NCBI GenBank assembly: GCA_016933215.1
Contig: JAFGBH010000008.1
Span: forward strand, 52,854-116,853
Direction: 5' to 3'
Source: Deltaproteobacteria bacterium
Lineage (GTDB): Bacteria; Desulfobacterota; Syntrophia; Syntrophales; UBA2210
Length of the DNA: 64,000 nucleotides
Below, piece by piece: positions 46,296-56,724 of this stretch. Position 1 is the stretch's first letter. Each line of letters starts with the position of its first letter. Under the pieces are notes generated by a model. The model was given only the letters and a program-made list of their open reading frames with translations, was not told the origin of the DNA and made no database searches. The position numbers and the translations under genes are program-made.

Positions 46296-47078
46296 ATGGG
46301 ACAGAAACGCTTTGTTGACCTCAGTATAAGTATAGAAACGGGTCTCCCCAGTGATCCGTCCATGATGATTCCCAAGATAGACTACATTGATCATGTCATG
46401 GGCGCCGATTCGATGCAGGAATTCTTCCCGGGTGTCAAAAAGGACCAGCTGCCGGGTGGCCTTGGATGGGCCCTCGAATTCATGACGCTCACCACCCACA
46501 GCGGTACACATCTCGATGCACCCTACCACTATCACCCAACCATGGATAAGGGAAAGCCGGCATCAACCATCGATGAAATACCCCTGGATTGGTGTTTCAA
46601 CGACGGCGTTTTACTCGACTTTCGTCACAAAGGAGACGGTGAGCGGATAACGGCGCAGGACGTAGAGAATGAGCTGAAGCGGATCAGCTACGAGATAAAA
46701 CCCCTCGACATCGTCCTTGTGCAGACCGGGGCGGAGGCGTTCTGGGGAACGGAAGAATACCTCGTAAAGGGTGCCGGCATGGACCGGGAAAGCACGCTCT
46801 TTCTTACTGAGAAAGGGGTAAAGGTAGTCGGGATTGATGCATGGAGCTGGGATCGGCCGCTTCCCTACCTTGCCAAGGAATTCAAGGATACTGGTGATCC
46901 CAAGGTAATCTGGGAGGCCCACTTCGCCGGAATAGAGACAGGATATTGCCACATGGAAAAGATGGCGAATCTCTCGGCGATCGGGAGACCGCACGGCTTT
47001 ACTGTCTGCTGTTTTCCCATAAAGATCAAAGGGGCCAGCGCCGGGTGGGTAAGACCCGTGGCGATTGTTGAAGAATAG
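46296..47078 (+). CDS. cyclase family protein (kynurenine formamidase-like fold)
   Basis: 'HSGTHLDAPYHY' is the metal-binding motif of the putative cyclase family. Confidence 0.75.
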   Translation: MGQKRFVDLSISIETGLPSDPSMMIPKIDYIDHVMGADSMQEFFPGVKKDQLPGGLGWALEFMTLTTHSGTHLDAPYHYHPTMDKGKPASTIDEIPLDWCFNDGVLLDFRHKGDGERITAQDVENELKRISYEIKPLDIVLVQTGAEAFWGTEEYLVKGAGMDRESTLFLTEKGVKVVGIDAWSWDRPLPYLAKEFKDTGDPKVIWEAHFAGIETGYCHMEKMANLSAIGRPHGFTVCCFPIKIKGASAGWVRPVAIVEE

Positions 47079-47171
47079 CACCACGCAAATCGGGACATGT
47101 ATATTCATGGCCATGACGGATTCTGTCAGCCACCTTGCGTGAACGAGTTTCATCTCCCTCTTCTCATATCA

Positions 47172-47258
47172 GATTGAGGCTCCCGGCAACAAGTTACGGA
47201 GACTCCGCAACTGTTAAGAATGATTTATTTTATTCGCTCGTTGTTCGTTTCATTGACC
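47172..47258 (+). repeat. dispersed modular hairpin repeat, degenerate copy
   Basis: attgaggctcccggcaacaagttacggagactccgcaactgttaagaatgatttattttattcgctcg... Confidence 0.7.
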
Positions 47259-47280
47259 GCGTGGTTTTGCAATTTCTCAC

Positions 47281-47309
47281 TTGACCATACATAATTTCTT
47301 AATTATACT
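47281..47309 (+). promoter_or_regulatory. sigma70-like promoter of the peptide/nickel ABC operon
   Basis: TTGACC, 17-nt spacer, TATACT, about 90 nt upstream of the ATG at 47402. Confidence 0.5.
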
Positions 47310-47401
47310 AATTTCTTCCGAAAATTAACTATGGGTATTTGAGAAGGCAGGGGGGATTATCTCTTTCTAACGTTTCTTAACCGTAACAGAAAGGAGTCGT
47401 T

Positions 47402-48955
47402 ATGAAAAAACTGTTTATTGCTTTTTTAGTATTGGTGGTGGTCTTATCATTCGGCACTGTAGCATCTGCCAAAGCTCTGAAAGTAGCAATGGATGCCGAT
47501 CCGGTTTCACTGGATCCTCATGTGCAGCTTTCGGGCGGGATGCTTCAGTACTCGCACATCTGTTTTGATCCCCTGGTACGCTGGACAAAGGACATGAAAT
47601 TCGAGCCCCGTCTGGCTGCCAAGTGGGAACGTATCGACGACCTTACCATGCGATTCTATCTTCGCGAGGGAGTAAAGTTTCACAGCGGCAATACCTTCAC
47701 GGCGAAAGACGTGAAATGGACCATTGAACGGCTCAAGATCAGCCAGGACTTCAAAGGATTATTCGAACCCTTCGTGGGAGCCAAGGTCATTGACGATTAC
47801 ACCGTGGATATTATCACAAAGAAACCTTACGCTCTGCTGCTGAACATGGCTACCTACATTTTCCCGATGGACAGCGAGTTTTACACGGGGACAGATGCAA
47901 GCGGTCAGCCGAAGGATGCCATTGTGAAGATCGGCCCATCTTTCGCTCTTACGAACGAATCGGGTACCGGTCCCTATCGGGTTACCTATCGGGAACAGGG
48001 CGTAAAAAACGTCTTTCAAAGATTTCCCGAATACTGGGACAAGATGTCCCCGGGCAATGCAGATGAGTTTATACTGACACCGATCAAGAATGACGCCACG
48101 CGAGTGGCCGCGCTTCTCTCAGGTGACGTTGATTTCATCATGCCCGTACCTCCACAGGATTACGCGCGAATTGAAAAGGATAAAAACAGCAAACTGATCG
48201 CCATGTCGGGAAGCCGCATCATCACCGTACAGCTGAATCAGAAACGTCGTCCCGAGTTCGCTAATAAAATGGTCCGTCAGGCAATCGTCTATGCCACCAA
48301 TAACGAGGGGATCGTCGAAAAGATCATGAAAGGCACGGCAACCGTTGCCGCACAGCAGGCGCCTATAGGTTTTGCCGGTTACAAAGCCAGTCTTGTTCCC
48401 CGGTATGACCTGAAAAAGGCGAAAGATCTCATGAAGGAGGCGGGATACGAAAAGGGTTTTGAATGCACCATGATCGCGCCCAATAACCGCTATGTTAATG
48501 ACGAAAAGATTGCCGAGGCCTTTGCCTCGATGCTGGCAAAGATAAATATCAAGGTTAATCTAAAGACCATGCCGAAGGCCCAGTACTGGGATCAGTTCGA
48601 TGCACAGGTAGCGGATATGCAGTTGATCGGGTGGCATCCGGACACGGAAGATTCTGCAAACTATTCCGAGTTTCTCGTCATGTGCCCCAACAAGGAAACA
48701 GGTTACGGTCAGTATAACAGCGGCAATTACTGCAACCCGAAGGTGGATGAGATGGTGCTTGCATCGCAGACCGAAACGGACCTGAAAAAGAGATCGGAAA
48801 TTCTTCAGGAAGTGGAGCAGATCCTTTATGATGACGCCGCCTATGTCCCCTTCCACTGGCAGAATCTTTCCTGGGCAGGGAAAAAGAATCTTCGTATGGA
48901 GCCAATTGTTAATGTTATGAATTTCCCCTATTTTGGCGATCTTGTCATCGAATAG
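47402..48955 (+). CDS. ABC transporter substrate-binding protein, family 5 (peptide/nickel type)
   Basis: Signal peptide; 'FYLREGVKFHSGNTFTAKDV'. First gene of a five-gene ABC operon. Confidence 0.85.
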   Translation: MKKLFIAFLVLVVVLSFGTVASAKALKVAMDADPVSLDPHVQLSGGMLQYSHICFDPLVRWTKDMKFEPRLAAKWERIDDLTMRFYLREGVKFHSGNTFTAKDVKWTIERLKISQDFKGLFEPFVGAKVIDDYTVDIITKKPYALLLNMATYIFPMDSEFYTGTDASGQPKDAIVKIGPSFALTNESGTGPYRVTYREQGVKNVFQRFPEYWDKMSPGNADEFILTPIKNDATRVAALLSGDVDFIMPVPPQDYARIEKDKNSKLIAMSGSRIITVQLNQKRRPEFANKMVRQAIVYATNNEGIVEKIMKGTATVAAQQAPIGFAGYKASLVPRYDLKKAKDLMKEAGYEKGFECTMIAPNNRYVNDEKIAEAFASMLAKINIKVNLKTMPKAQYWDQFDAQVADMQLIGWHPDTEDSANYSEFLVMCPNKETGYGQYNSGNYCNPKVDEMVLASQTETDLKKRSEILQEVEQILYDDAAYVPFHWQNLSWAGKKNLRMEPIVNVMNFPYFGDLVIE

Positions 48956-49069
48956 CGGAGAGTTGATTTAAATAACAATGCTTTATAATATGAAGCGCAG
49001 GAGGGGCAGCCCCTGTTACAGCAGGTAGCAGGGGCTTCCCTATGTAATCGTAAGGAAAAGAATTACACC

Positions 49070-50044
49070 ATGTTTGCATTTGCAGTTCGTCGCATAACCC
49101 AGGCTATAGTTGTCATGCTGGTAATCAGTCTTATCGGCTTTGCCATCAAGCACGAGATCGGTGACCCCGTGAGGGATATCGTGGGAGTTTCCGTCTCTGT
49201 AGCCGAGAGGGAAGCACTGCGTGACAAACTCGGCCTGAATGATCCCTTTATTATGCAGTATGCCCGTTTTGTAAAAGACGCTCTCCACGGGGACCTGGGA
49301 CACTCCTTCTTTTTCAAAAAGCCGGCACTTGATGTAATTACCGCCAAGGCCCCGGCAACTCTGGAACTGGTCTTCGTAAGCAGCCTCATTATTATCTTCG
49401 TCTCTATTCCCATCGGCATCTACACCGCGATTAATCCCAAGAACTGGTTCTCCCGACTTACGATGGGGGTGAGTATCGTCGGGGTTTCAATTCCCGTTTT
49501 TCTTACCGCAATTATTCTCATATATATTTTCGCTGTCGAACTTCACTGGCTTCCATCGTACGGCCGGGGACAGACCATTAACATATACGGGTGGGAAAGC
49601 GGCTTTTTCACCCTTGACGGATTAAAACACCTCATTCTTCCGAGTATTGCCCTTTCATCCATAATGCTCCCCCTCTTTATCAGGCTTATCCGCTCTGAAA
49701 TGATGGAGGTCCTCGAGACCGAGTATGTCAAATTTGCCTGGGCAAAGGGCCTCTCCAAATACCGCATATGGCTTCTCCATGCCTTTAAGAACACCCTGCT
49801 TCCCGTTATCACTGTCGGGGGTGTTCAACTCGGCATTCTTATTGCGTTCACCATCCTGACTGAAACCGTTTTTCAGTGGCAGGGCATGGGGTTCATGTTT
49901 CTCGAGGCGGTGGAGCGATCGGACACAGCACTCCTCGTGGCCTACCTCATCGTTGTTGGTGCTCTTTTTGTGGTGGTCAATACGATTGTCGATATCATCT
50001 ACGGACTGGTAAATCCAACCGTGAGGATTACGGGCAGAAAATGA
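49070..50044 (+). CDS. ABC transporter permease (DppB/OppB type)
   Basis: Typical 'RRI.QAI.V...IS...F' N-terminus and the EAA-loop region 'EYVKFAWAKGLS'. Confidence 0.85.
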   Translation: MFAFAVRRITQAIVVMLVISLIGFAIKHEIGDPVRDIVGVSVSVAEREALRDKLGLNDPFIMQYARFVKDALHGDLGHSFFFKKPALDVITAKAPATLELVFVSSLIIIFVSIPIGIYTAINPKNWFSRLTMGVSIVGVSIPVFLTAIILIYIFAVELHWLPSYGRGQTINIYGWESGFFTLDGLKHLILPSIALSSIMLPLFIRLIRSEMMEVLETEYVKFAWAKGLSKYRIWLLHAFKNTLLPVITVGGVQLGILIAFTILTETVFQWQGMGFMFLEAVERSDTALLVAYLIVVGALFVVVNTIVDIIYGLVNPTVRITGRK

Positions 50045-50961
50045 GAAAAAAATGGCACCGCTTTAAAAATTCCTATTTTCTCTACAGTTTCAAGCGAGAC
50101 TGGATTGCCGTTGCGAGCTTTGTCGTCTTCATAACACTCGTTTTCGTGAGCCTGGCCTCTCCCGTATTGGCACCCTACGATCCCTATGATTCTTCGAGCA
50201 TTGATGTCATGGACGCTGAAATTCCCCCGTCATGGATGGAGGGGGGTGAAGAACGTTTCCTCTTCGGTACCGATATTCAGGGAAGAGACCTCTTGAGTAC
50301 CATGTTCTATGGTATGCGGCTTTCGGTTTTCATCGGATGCGGGGCCGTTTTGCTTCAGGCCTTTATCGGAATCCTTATCGGAATGATTTCCGGCTACCTG
50401 GGGGGAAAAGTCGACGCATTTCTCATGAGAATCGCCGATGTCCAGCTCTCATTTTCCACCATGATGGTGGCAATTATCATCAGTGCCATTTTTCAGGTGG
50501 CCTTTGGCGTTGGCAGATATGAAGAGCTGGCCGCTCCGCTTCTTATCATCATTATCGGTCTCGCCGAGTGGCCCCAGTATGCCCGTACGGTGCGCGCCTC
50601 CGTTTTAGGAGAAAAATCAAAGGAATACGTCGAGGCGGCACGCGTAATCGGTCTGAGCCCACGACGTATCAGGTGGCGCCATATCCTGCCCAACGCGCTC
50701 TCGCCCGTGCTGGTTATTTCAACAATACAGGTAGCCAACGCCGTTATGAGCGAAGCGGCACTGTCGTTTCTGGGCCTCGGAATGCCGATTACAAAACCCT
50801 CGTTAGGATCTCTCATTAATGCAGGGTTTGAATACATTTTCAGCGGTTCGTGGTGGATCACCCTTTTCCCGGGAATTCTCCTCGTCATTTTCGTCCTTGT
50901 CGTAAACCTCCTGGGCGACTGGCTGCGAGACGTGATGAATCCGAAATTGTATAAAGGATAA
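50041..50961 (+). CDS. ABC transporter permease (DppC/OppC type)
   Basis: The ATG at 50041 overlaps the upstream stop (ATGA). 'EYVEAARVIGLSPRRI' EAA loop. The ORF-track start at 49876 is an upstream extension. Confidence 0.85.
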   Translation: MRKKWHRFKNSYFLYSFKRDWIAVASFVVFITLVFVSLASPVLAPYDPYDSSSIDVMDAEIPPSWMEGGEERFLFGTDIQGRDLLSTMFYGMRLSVFIGCGAVLLQAFIGILIGMISGYLGGKVDAFLMRIADVQLSFSTMMVAIIISAIFQVAFGVGRYEELAAPLLIIIIGLAEWPQYARTVRASVLGEKSKEYVEAARVIGLSPRRIRWRHILPNALSPVLVISTIQVANAVMSEAALSFLGLGMPITKPSLGSLINAGFEYIFSGSWWITLFPGILLVIFVLVVNLLGDWLRDVMNPKLYKG

Positions 50962-50976
50962 AACATATAAAAGAGT

Positions 50977-51960
50977 ATGCAACATTTACTTGACGTGAAA
51001 GACTTGGAAGTTACCTTTGCCCTCCGAACGGGGAGCCTGATTGCCATACACGGGGTCAACTTTACCGTAGACAAGGGCGAACGGGTTGGTCTGGTAGGCG
51101 AAAGCGGGGCCGGTAAATCCGTCACGGGGTTTGCCATCATAAATCTGATAAGCAAGCCCGGCTATATATCGAACGGCAGCGTCCTCTTCAACGGCCGGGA
51201 TCTGGCCTCTCTTTCCGATGAAGAGATGCGTCATATTCGCGGAAACCGCATCAGCATGATTTTTCAGGACCCCATGATGACCCTCAATCCCGTTCTTACC
51301 ATCGGGACACAGATGATTGAAACGCTGCAGGCTCACCTGAAAATATCAAAAACCGATGCGGCGGACATAGCTCTTGAGAAGCTTCACAAAGTTCATATTC
51401 CCTCGCCGGAAAAACGTCTGAGGCAGTATCCTCATGAGTTTTCGGGGGGGATGAGACAGAGAATTGTCGTTGCGATTGCGCTTTTGGTAGATCCTTCACT
51501 TATTATCGCCGATGAACCGACCACCGCCCTCGATGTTACCATACAGGCGGAAATCATGGATCTTCTCCGTGAACTCTGCGAATCGGAAGACACCGGTCTC
51601 ATTCTCATCACCCACGATCTCGGTGTCGTCGCACAGATAACGGAAAAGGTGGTGGTCATGTATTCCGGCAACATTGTCGAGATGGGAACCACCACCGAGA
51701 TCATAGAAAATCCAAGGCATCCCTACACGAAGGGACTTATACAGGCGATACCGGACAAGCGGAACCCGGGAGAACGCCTGAATCAGATTCCGGGAGTCAT
51801 GCCCACATTGATGGACATCCCGCCGGGTTGCTCATTCCATCCCCGCTGCACGATCAAGGGAGAGATATGCACAAGAGAAATCCCGAAACTCAAGGAAATC
51901 GACAGTACGGGTAAAATAGTCGCCTGCCATATGGTTTCGGCTGAAGGTGAAGTGCAATGA
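50977..51960 (+). CDS. ABC transporter ATP-binding protein (DppD/OppD type)
   Basis: Walker A 'GESGAGKS', signature 'FSGGMRQR', Walker B '[12 protein letters not shown]', and the C-terminal oligopeptide-type extension. Confidence 0.9.
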   Translation: MQHLLDVKDLEVTFALRTGSLIAIHGVNFTVDKGERVGLVGESGAGKSVTGFAIINLISKPGYISNGSVLFNGRDLASLSDEEMRHIRGNRISMIFQDPMMTLNPVLTIGTQMIETLQAHLKISKTDAADIALEKLHKVHIPSPEKRLRQYPHEFSGGMRQRIVVAIALLVDPSLIIADEPTTALDVTIQAEIMDLLRELCESEDTGLILITHDLGVVAQITEKVVVMYSGNIVEMGTTTEIIENPRHPYTKGLIQAIPDKRNPGERLNQIPGVMPTLMDIPPGCSFHPRCTIKGEICTREIPKLKEIDSTGKIVACHMVSAEGEVQ

Positions 51961-52972
51961 GCGAAAACAACAGTCTTTTAACAATACGAAACGTGGTAAA
52001 GCACTTCGACATATCGGGCGGTCTTCTGGAGCAGCTCGCCATACAAGGGGGAAAAATTGTCAGAGTCCGGACAATCGTGAGGGCCGTGAATGATGTAAGT
52101 TTTTCCATCTATCCGGGCGAAACGCTAAGCGTTGTCGGTGAAAGCGGGTGCGGAAAATCGACGCTGGCACGGGCTATCCTCGGTCTCTATCCGCCCGAGA
52201 GCGGCGAGATAGTATACCGGAACAAGAGAATCGATCATCTCACACCGAATCAGATGCTCCCTACAGGGCGAAGATGCAGATGATCTTCCAGGACCCCTAC
52301 GCCTCACTGAACCCGAGGATGACGGTGGAGCAGACCCTGAACGAGCCGGTAAAGTTTCATAACAGAAACATCTCGGAAAACGAAGTCAAGAAAAGGGTGG
52401 TTGACGTCATGCGTCAGGTGGGCGTGGACCCAAGTTGGGTTGACCGCTATCCCCACGAGTTTTCCGGGGGCCAGAGACAGCGTATCAGTATTGCCCGGGC
52501 ATTGATGGTTGACCCTGAATTCATTGTGGCTGACGAACCGGTCTCCGCCCTCGATGTATCAATCCAGGCCCAGATTCTGAACCTCCTGATGGATGCCCAG
52601 GAACAGCGTGGACTGACCTATATGTTTATCACCCATGATCTCTCCGTTGTTCGTCATATAAGCACGAGGGTGGCGGTGATGTATCTCGGACGATTATGCG
52701 AACTGGCACGAACGGTTGAACTTTTTGAATCGCCAAGGCATCCGTATACCCAGGCCCTTTTAAGTGCCATTCCCGATATTCATAACCGAAAAGGAGCCCA
52801 CGTAAAATTAAAAGGTGAAGTTCCCACCCCCATCAATCTGCCACCGGGCTGTGTTTTCCACAGCCGCTGCCCCTTTGCGAACGAAAGGTGCATGAGGGAA
52901 ATTCCCGAACTTATCGAGATCGAATCGGGCACATTCGTCGCGTGTCACGGAGTCGAGGAAGGGCGCCTTTAA
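51957..52972 (+). pseudogene. ABC transporter ATP-binding protein (DppF/OppF type) interrupted by a 1-nt frameshift near 52259..52262
   Basis: ORF 51957..52283 carries Walker A 'GESGCGKS'. ORF 52148..52972, in another frame, carries '[16 protein letters not shown]', 'FSGGQRQR' and '[10 protein letters not shown]'. The two join at the ccc run in ctccctac. Confidence 0.75.
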
Positions 52973-52992
52973 ATTATATAATGTTCCACTAT

Positions 52993-53060
52993 TTGAAGCT
53001 CCCCCGCAATCCCGACTCGTCGGGATTAAGGAAAATTTATGCGCTCGCTGTTCAGTTCAA
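52993..53060 (+). repeat. dispersed modular hairpin repeat, short copy
   Basis: ttgaagctcccccgcaatcccgactcgtcgggattaaggaaaatttatgcgctcgctgttcagttcaa. The second hairpin module is missing. Confidence 0.8.
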
Positions 53061-53091
53061 CATGTTGCCGTTATAAGAGAGGAATGCCGGA

Positions 53092-54012
53092 TTGCATACT
53101 ACCGACCACACAAAAACATATTTTGCCCTCATGGGAGCCGTTATTTTCTGGGGACTTTCCTTTGTCGCAACAAAGATAGCCCTTACAAGTATTCCTACAT
53201 TCACCCTGATTTTCGCAAGATTCAGTATTTCTGCGCTTTTCTTTCTTACACTGATTTTGAGAAATGGCCTCCCACGATTTTCAAAGAAAGATCATATCTT
53301 CTTATTTCTGCTATCACTCTTTGAACCGGGTCTCTACTTTATCTTTGAGACTCTGGGGCTTCAATATACAACAGCGCCGAAGGCATCCCTTATCATAGCA
53401 ACGATTCCTATCGCGGTCCTGATACTCTCGACAATATTTCTCAAGGAAAAGTCGTCACCCGCCAGGCTTGCCAGCATTGTGCTCTCATTTGCGGGAATAT
53501 TCATCCTGATAACGGGGGAGTCAGGATTCAGGCTATCCTGGGAGGGCTCCGTTATCGGCGATCTTCTTATCTTTGGTGCCGTTATTTCGGCAGCGCTGTA
53601 TATCGTATCGGCACGGAACCTCGGAAGGAGATATAGCGCTCTGGAGATCACCAGCATGCAGGTATTCTACGGCTCCCTCTTTTATGCTCCCGCATTTCTC
53701 TGGGAGCTTCCGGCAATCGAATGGTCCCAGATAAGCGGAAGCTCTCTGGGTGCGGTTGTCTATCTCACGGTCTTTGCCACCATAGGCGCCTTTCTCTGCT
53801 ACAATTTTGCCCTGACAAGAATATCCGCCACACGGGCATCCCTCTTTATAAACCTGATCCCCGTTGTCACTGCCATAGGGGCATGGATACTTCTGAACGA
53901 GACGCTCACCATGATACAGGCCTTTGGCGGACTCTTGGTTCTCTTCTCGGTTTTCATCGCAAGCCTTCCGGGCCTCAGGGCCAAAACACCTGAACACATT
54001 CTCTCGAAATAG
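53092..54012 (+). CDS. DMT superfamily transporter (EamA-like, two EamA domains)
   Basis: About 10 TM segments with an internal duplication. TTG start at 53092; the start is uncertain. Confidence 0.75.
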   Translation: MHTTDHTKTYFALMGAVIFWGLSFVATKIALTSIPTFTLIFARFSISALFFLTLILRNGLPRFSKKDHIFLFLLSLFEPGLYFIFETLGLQYTTAPKASLIIATIPIAVLILSTIFLKEKSSPARLASIVLSFAGIFILITGESGFRLSWEGSVIGDLLIFGAVISAALYIVSARNLGRRYSALEITSMQVFYGSLFYAPAFLWELPAIEWSQISGSSLGAVVYLTVFATIGAFLCYNFALTRISATRASLFINLIPVVTAIGAWILLNETLTMIQAFGGLLVLFSVFIASLPGLRAKTPEHILSK

Positions 54013-54165
54013 GAGGCATCTGCTTACAGCCCAAATAAGCACAAATGATGCAAGGGGTACCATTAATTTCAGAGGGAAACTCATTATTTGTCTTGACAAT
54101 ATAGCGGCTTAAATAGTAGTTGTGTCGGGATTTTAAAAAAGCAATTTAACGAACAGGAGGAAGAT

Positions 54166-54921
54166 ATGAGGGCACACAGAATCATTATTGCTTTACTGGT
54201 TATGGCAAGTTTCATTATTGCCCCTGTGACAGTCGGCTCCGTATTTGCTGCGGAAAAGGTAATAACCGTTGCAACCGACGCAACATGGCCACCGATGGAA
54301 ATGGTCGACCAGAATAAGAACATCGTCGGTTTCGACATCGACTTCCTCAATGCCGTCGCAAAAGAGGCCGGTTTCACGGTAGAATTTCAGAACACCGCCT
54401 GGGACGGGATTTTTGCGGGAATCGCTGCCGGAAAATATGACGCGATCATCTCATCCGTCACGATCACCGAGGAACGCAAGAAAACAATGGATTTTTCTAT
54501 CCCCTATATCAATGCAGGCCAGATACTCATTGTTCCCAATGCCTCCAATGCGGTTGTTCTGAAAGACCTTGTGGGGAAAAATGTAGGCGCCCAGATAGGC
54601 ACGACGGGTTCTTTTGAAGTGAAAAAGATAGAAGGCGTCACCTTGAAGACATACGATGAAATAGGCCTTGCCTTTGAAGACATGGCCACCGGTCGTATTG
54701 ACGGCGTTGTCTGCGACACCCCGGTAGCTGCAGACTATGCACTGCAGAAAGACGAATACAAGGACAAATTCAAGATCGTCGGCGAACCTTTTACCGAGGA
54801 ATATTACGGCATCGTAGTGAAGAAGGGCGATAAGGAACTTCTCGATCTTGTCAACAAGGGAATCCAGGCTGTTCAGGCTAAGGGAATCGACAAGAAGTTA
54901 GAGGCGAAGTGGCTGAAGTAA
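54166..54921 (+). CDS. amino-acid ABC transporter substrate-binding protein (family 3)
   Basis: Signal peptide; 'GFDIDFLNAVAKEAGF' and 'YDAIISSVTITEERKK' motifs. Confidence 0.85.
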   Translation: MRAHRIIIALLVMASFIIAPVTVGSVFAAEKVITVATDATWPPMEMVDQNKNIVGFDIDFLNAVAKEAGFTVEFQNTAWDGIFAGIAAGKYDAIISSVTITEERKKTMDFSIPYINAGQILIVPNASNAVVLKDLVGKNVGAQIGTTGSFEVKKIEGVTLKTYDEIGLAFEDMATGRIDGVVCDTPVAADYALQKDEYKDKFKIVGEPFTEEYYGIVVKKGDKELLDLVNKGIQAVQAKGIDKKLEAKWLK

Positions 54922-55712
54922 AGAAAACAGAAAAGATAGACAAGAAAAAACCTGTAATTGCAGTAGGCGACGGGCCTGCAATCCCGAGTAAAGAAGATGT
55001 GGGACTGTTTACGGCATGGCGGGTATCTATCATCGGTGCCCTCGCGATTATCGCCTATCTTGCCATATCGAAACCGGATCCCTATCTGGCAATCCTGAAG
55101 TTTGTGCCAGATGGGATCCTGGTTACCTTTCAGGTTACCATAGAGGCCATCCTTCTTGCCCTCCTCATCGGTCTTTTCACGGGTCTCGGAAGGATATCGA
55201 AAAACAGGATAATAAACGGCATCGCCTCAGTCTATGTGGAAGTCATCCGGGGTATTCCCCTTTTAGTTCAGCTTTTCTACATCTATTTTGCCCTGGGACG
55301 GGTGGTAAATCTTCCCGCTATGGTGAGTGCCGTCATTGCCATGTCAGTGTGTTACGGTGCCTACATGGGTGAGATATTCCGGGCGGGAATCGAGTCGATC
55401 CCAAAGGGCCAGATGGAAGCGGCACGATCCCTCGGCATGAGTTACCCGCAGGCGATGATACATGTCATACTCCCGCAGGCCTTCAAAACCATTCTTCCCC
55501 CCGTTGGAAATGAATTTGTTGCCCTTTTAAAAGATTCGTCCCTCGTTTCGATCCTTGCAGTATCGGATCTCTTGCGGAGGGGCCGGGAATTTGCTTCGGA
55601 ATCGTTTACCTATTTCGAAACCTACACCATGGTTGCCCTTGTGTACCTCGTCATCACCCTCTTTCTCTCAAAACTCGTCAGCCTTATGGAGGAGCGGATA
55701 AGTGTCGACTGA
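54909..55712 (+). CDS. amino-acid ABC transporter permease (His/Glu/Gln/Arg/opine family)
   Basis: '[15 protein letters not shown]' and the EAA loop '[14 protein letters not shown]'. Confidence 0.85.
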   Translation: MAEVKKTEKIDKKKPVIAVGDGPAIPSKEDVGLFTAWRVSIIGALAIIAYLAISKPDPYLAILKFVPDGILVTFQVTIEAILLALLIGLFTGLGRISKNRIINGIASVYVEVIRGIPLLVQLFYIYFALGRVVNLPAMVSAVIAMSVCYGAYMGEIFRAGIESIPKGQMEAARSLGMSYPQAMIHVILPQAFKTILPPVGNEFVALLKDSSLVSILAVSDLLRRGREFASESFTYFETYTMVALVYLVITLFLSKLVSLMEERISVD

Positions 55713-56448
55713 AAATCGCAACATCATGGTCCAGATACGAAGCGTCTACAAGTTCTTCGGGCAGCTGAAGGCTCTCGACAACGTTACCCTGGATATTTAC
55801 GACGGCGAAAAGATGGTCATTATCGGGCCAAGCGGCTCTGGAAAAAGTACGCTGCTCCGTTCCATCAACAAGCTGGAGACCATTGATGCGGGACAGATTA
55901 TCGTTGATGGTTTGGACATCAGCAATCCCGAGACGGACATCAATAAGGTGCGCGAAGAGATCGGCATGGTTTTTCAGTCCTTCAATGTCTTCCCCCACAA
56001 AACGGTTCTTGACAATATCAACCTGGCCCAGACCGTCGTTAGAAAACGGTCCAAGAAAGAGGCGACGGAGATTTCAAGGGAGCTTTTGAACAAGGTCGGC
56101 ATACTGGACAAGGCAAATGAGTATCCCGGGAAGCTCTCCGGCGGTCAGCAGCAGCGTGTTGCTATCGCGCGAGCCCTGGCCATGAAACCAAAACTCATGC
56201 TCTTCGACGAACCCACGTCGGCCCTCGACCCCGAAATGATTGGGGAAGTCCTCGAAGTCATGATTAAACTCGCAAAAGAGGGAATGACCATGATCGTGGT
56301 AACCCATGAGATGGGATTTGCCCGCGAGGTATCCGACAGGGTATTATTCATGGATTACGGGGCAGTGATTGAAGAGGGAACTCCCGAACACTTTTTCAAA
56401 AATCCCACCGAGGAACGTACTAAGCTTTTCATGAGTCAGATTTTATAA
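55702..56448 (+). CDS. amino-acid ABC transporter ATP-binding protein (GlnQ type)
   Basis: Walker A 'GPSGSGKST', '[15 protein letters not shown]' and '[13 protein letters not shown]'. Confidence 0.9.
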   Translation: MSTENRNIMVQIRSVYKFFGQLKALDNVTLDIYDGEKMVIIGPSGSGKSTLLRSINKLETIDAGQIIVDGLDISNPETDINKVREEIGMVFQSFNVFPHKTVLDNINLAQTVVRKRSKKEATEISRELLNKVGILDKANEYPGKLSGGQQQRVAIARALAMKPKLMLFDEPTSALDPEMIGEVLEVMIKLAKEGMTMIVVTHEMGFAREVSDRVLFMDYGAVIEEGTPEHFFKNPTEERTKLFMSQIL

Positions 56449-56521
56449 GATTAATTCCTCTTCTCAATCAACGGCGGCTGTGCTACAAATGTTTCAGGCG
56501 TCTTCTTACGATTTTTCGTTA

Positions 56522-56670
56522 ATTGAAGCTCCCCGCAATCCCGTATAAGCGGGATCTCAGCTTTGCTCTGACAAGTTGCGGGGAATCTCCCACTGTCAAG
56601 GGAAATATTATTTGGATTCGCTCACTAACCCCGCTGCAAGCAACGGAGAATGCACTCGCTGTTCAGTTCA
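56522..56670 (+). repeat. dispersed modular hairpin repeat, composite copy carrying both alternative first modules
   Basis: attgaagctccccgcaatcccgtataagcgggat... then ...acaagttgcggggaatctcccactgtcaaggg... then attcgctcactaaccccgctgcaagcaacggagaatgcactcgctgttcagttca. Confidence 0.85.
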
Positions 56671-56724
56671 TCGAGCTCCCTGAGACATTGATTTTACATT
56701 ACATACACGGAACCGGCAAAGAGA

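Noticed and set aside
48960-49069. A GC hairpin (cccctg...cagggg) between the substrate-binding protein gene and the first permease gene of the ABC operon, considered as a possible regulatory RNA.
   Set aside because: It is short, has a large loop, and lies at the position typical of intra-operon mRNA-stabilising hairpins. Nothing distinguishes it further, and it has no similarity to the repeat families.
52259-52262. Programmed ribosomal frameshifting in the oppF/dppF-like gene.
   Set aside because: No slippery heptamer or obvious downstream stimulatory structure was seen. A 1-nt indel in a C-run (sequencing error or mutation) is the simpler explanation. It is kept as a finding only as a frameshift to verify.
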